Below are positions 61,541 through 64,000 of a DNA stretch of 64,000 nucleotides, one piece after another. This DNA is from Emiliania huxleyi CCMP1516 (Eukaryota). The notes under the pieces are model-generated. The model worked only from the letters and a program-made list of their open reading frames with translations, searched no databases and was not told the DNA's origin. The DNA is taken from contig NW_005202428.1 in the NCBI RefSeq assembly GCF_000372725.1, positions 2,952,670-3,016,669 on the forward strand. The letters are read 5' to 3'. How positions within the stretch are numbered: position 1 is the stretch's first letter; each line of letters starts with the position of its first letter. The position numbers and the translations under genes were made by a program.

Positions 61541-61963
61541 AGAGGGCGGTTACTCTTACTGGACCGTCACCAGACCGTCATGTGTTTGACGACGTTGAAC
61601 AGTGTTTGACCACGGCGCTGTTCACAGCGCGCGCGGGCGGCGGTTCACGAGAGGCGAGGCGGGCGGCGGCGGCGCGCGATCGTGCTTTTGCCCGGGTTAG
61701 GCGTGGTCGCGCGGGCGGCGCGCCGCGCGGTGCTGGCGCCCGCGGTGATGGCGGCACGCTGAAGATTTCTTGGTCCTGACCCTGACCCCGTCCGACGTCC
61801 TCCGCGGTGGCAGCGAGCCAGAGCACGAGCGACCTTCCGCATATGACGGATTAGACCCCTCGCGAAAAAAAAGATTTTGTTAAAAAGTCAAGACGACAAG
61901 AGTCAAGACGCAAGACGGGGACCGATTTTAGTAGGCGCTACGAGGACCGGGAGCGTCGCGGTG

Positions 61964-62698
61964 TCAGGACTTCCATCCCTTCGAGAGCTGCCCGTCGTGG
62001 TAGCTGCCGTACTCGCTGTAGATGTCCATGAGGGAGGGGCGTGTGGCGAGCGCCCAGATGTGAGAGGCCGTGCAGAGGCTGCTGCCGTCGCGGAGGGGCT
62101 GCGCGGCGGTCGGGCGAGAGGACCGCAGCCGAGCAACCTCCGCGAGGAACGCTCTGCCGGCCTCCGATTCTGCGCCGCCGATGGCGGCGAGCGTGGCACC
62201 CACAGGGCCGCGCTCCGACTCCACGAAGAGCGACTCGGTGCCTGGCCTGAGCCGCGTCGTGACCCGTGCGTGGCCCATCTCGAGGGTCGAGGCGAGAGGG
62301 CCGATGAGCCGCGAGAAAACCTCCGCTGGCGCAATGGTGGGCGCCCCTGCCCGGTCAATCCCGAGGTTGCGAGCCGCCTCCGCCGCGAGCAGCTCGAGCT
62401 CGTCATCGGGCGCGACGTGGGTCACCGCAAGCGTGCCTTCGGGCCGTAGCCGCTGCAGGAAGTCAGCCCAGGCGCCGAGCGCTGCCGGCGCGGGCTGGTG
62501 GCGCGCAGGGTCGGCCTCAACGATAACCACGTCGTACGCAGCTTCGCTTCCCGGGAGCTCGGCACGGAAGGGCACCAGCTCGGCGCTCGGAAAGCGGAGC
62601 CGCAGCGCGTCCTCCGCGTCGGCGGCGTCAAAGGCGATTCTCACAGCACCGGCGCGAGGCGCGACCCGGTTGATGAGCGCGGTCGAGCGCGGCAGCAT
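61964..62698 (-). CDS. Hypothetical protein, possibly a degenerate class I SAM-methyltransferase-like fold
   Basis: 244-aa coding-like ORF; AYDVVIV and LQRLRPEGTLAV resemble MTase motifs, but there is no GxGxG motif I. Confidence 0.55.
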   Translation of the reverse strand: MLPRSTALINRVAPRAGAVRIAFDAADAEDALRLRFPSAELVPFRAELPGSEAAYDVVIVEADPARHQPAPAALGAWADFLQRLRPEGTLAVTHVAPDDELELLAAEAARNLGIDRAGAPTIAPAEVFSRLIGPLASTLEMGHARVTTRLRPGTESLFVESERGPVGATLAAIGGAESEAGRAFLAEVARLRSSRPTAAQPLRDGSSLCTASHIWALATRPSLMDIYSEYGSYHDGQLSKGWKS

Positions 62699-64000
62699 GC
62701 AGCCGGGCGCCGACAGGTCCCTGCACCGAAAAGAATCTTACAACAAAACTCCCTCGCACAACACTGGGCACGGGACTGGCGCGCACTGGCACGAACACAG
62801 GTACACCCCGAAAAGAATGAGAAAGCCTGCTCATCGCAAGGTACTCCCACGCCTCTTGGGGTTTTTGTCTGGCCGAGTCAACCCGAGAGGCGTGTCTCGC
62901 CTCGTCAAGTCTGTGGGACGGCCGAGCCTCGTTTCAAGGGGCGCGGGTGCGTGCGTCCCCTCTCGACTACGTTTGTTCACAGCCGGCGCGCGCGCCGGCG
63001 ACGAATATGCGCGACTCGCCGCCGCGGCTCCGGGCCTCCAACGGCACGACCTACGCCCAACCACCGAGAGGCGCGCCGTCACACCACTCGCACAGCCTGC
63101 AGCGCGGCGCTGCGCCAGAGCTCGAGAGGGCCCGAGAAGGGTCCCAGATCTCCAGTAGCACACAATAGCACACGTAGCCACGCATACCCAACCATCCCCT
63201 GTCACCCCAGAGCAGATCCCCCCAGGCGGTGAGGTCCTTTCTGGTGCTTGAAGCTCACCCTCGTCCCCTGCCGCAGGCCCTCGGCAGCCGTCCTGGCGCG
63301 CGCCAGGGCATGTACCGAGCGACCCCAGCCCGCTCTGGCGCGCGCGTTCGGCGCCGATTGGTGCCCTAGTCGGACCGTGCAACGGACGCGCGCTCTGCGC
63401 GCCTCACACGCACTTGCCCAGAGCTCTGCGCAGAGGCAGAGAGAGAGCGCGCCCTCCCCCCGGGCTGCTGCTGGCGCGCCACGCGCGTGCGATCCCTCTC
63501 TCGCAGTCGGTGTTCGCCGGGCGAGTTTTAGAGCTAAAATACATGTACATCACAAGACGCACACGCTGCTGTGGTCACCGACGGTCGTGTCCACATGCGC
63601 GCAATGGCGCAATGGTGGGCAGCGCCAACGCGCAGGACCATGTTTGCGCGCGACATGCACGCACGGGTGCGCAGGCAGGCGAGGCCATGCCAAAGACTGC
63701 CCTGGGAGTCGCGCGCGCGCGTCTCCAGCCGACCGGTACGGCGGCAAGAGCTTGACGGCTGTCGTGCCCGCAGCACGACAGCCGTCAAGCCGCGCAGTCG
63801 GGTGGACGCGTCGCGTCGGACTTTTTGCCACCACCTCCACGAGTCTGTCCGGTGCACCCACTGGCCAGATGCCGGGCCTCGGAGGCTGAATCGAGCGCCG
63901 AGTCAGGCCGACCTGGCACTGAGATTTGGTCAGCCAAGTCCTTGGCCGCGCCTCCGGCCGAGCCATGCAAGGGGCGGCGGGCACCTCCAGGAGGGCGGCC

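Noticed and set aside
62830..64000. Several ORFs at the window end
   Set aside because: No recognisable domain or consistent coding frame; left unannotated

Overview
GC-rich eukaryotic nuclear DNA, most likely from a haptophyte alga of the Emiliania/Gephyrocapsa huxleyi type. This is inferred from the many GC-AG introns, 10-12 bp tandem repeats inside introns, and a nucleus-encoded, plastid-targeted HCF136. About 19 protein genes are supported: a cold-shock-domain protein, a NIPA-type Mg transporter, DUS2, a small ankyrin protein, CDC37, a secreted histidine-phosphatase-like protein, a UBL-ANK-RING E3 ligase, HCF136, a CUE/F-box/LRR protein, a U2AF65-like protein, ERCC1, a CRAL-TRIO protein, HIS6, SDH4, a DNAJC22-like protein, a HEAT protein and several hypotheticals. 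The intergenic DNA is a nested mosaic of mobile elements whose ends and target-site duplications (TSDs) can be read directly: 8-bp-TSD and 4-bp-TSD TIR elements, a degenerate CRE-like RT/RLE retroelement, an RNase H LINE, and many 5'-truncated LINE 3' ends. The most unusual pattern is that four unrelated genes each carry a short insert flanked by an 11-13 bp duplication of an (A)ATTCTT-type motif 27-45 bp upstream of the ATG, suggesting an element that targets the promoter or transcription start site (TSS). No tRNA, rRNA or CRISPR array was recognised. Exon boundaries and family assignments were made by eye and are approximate.
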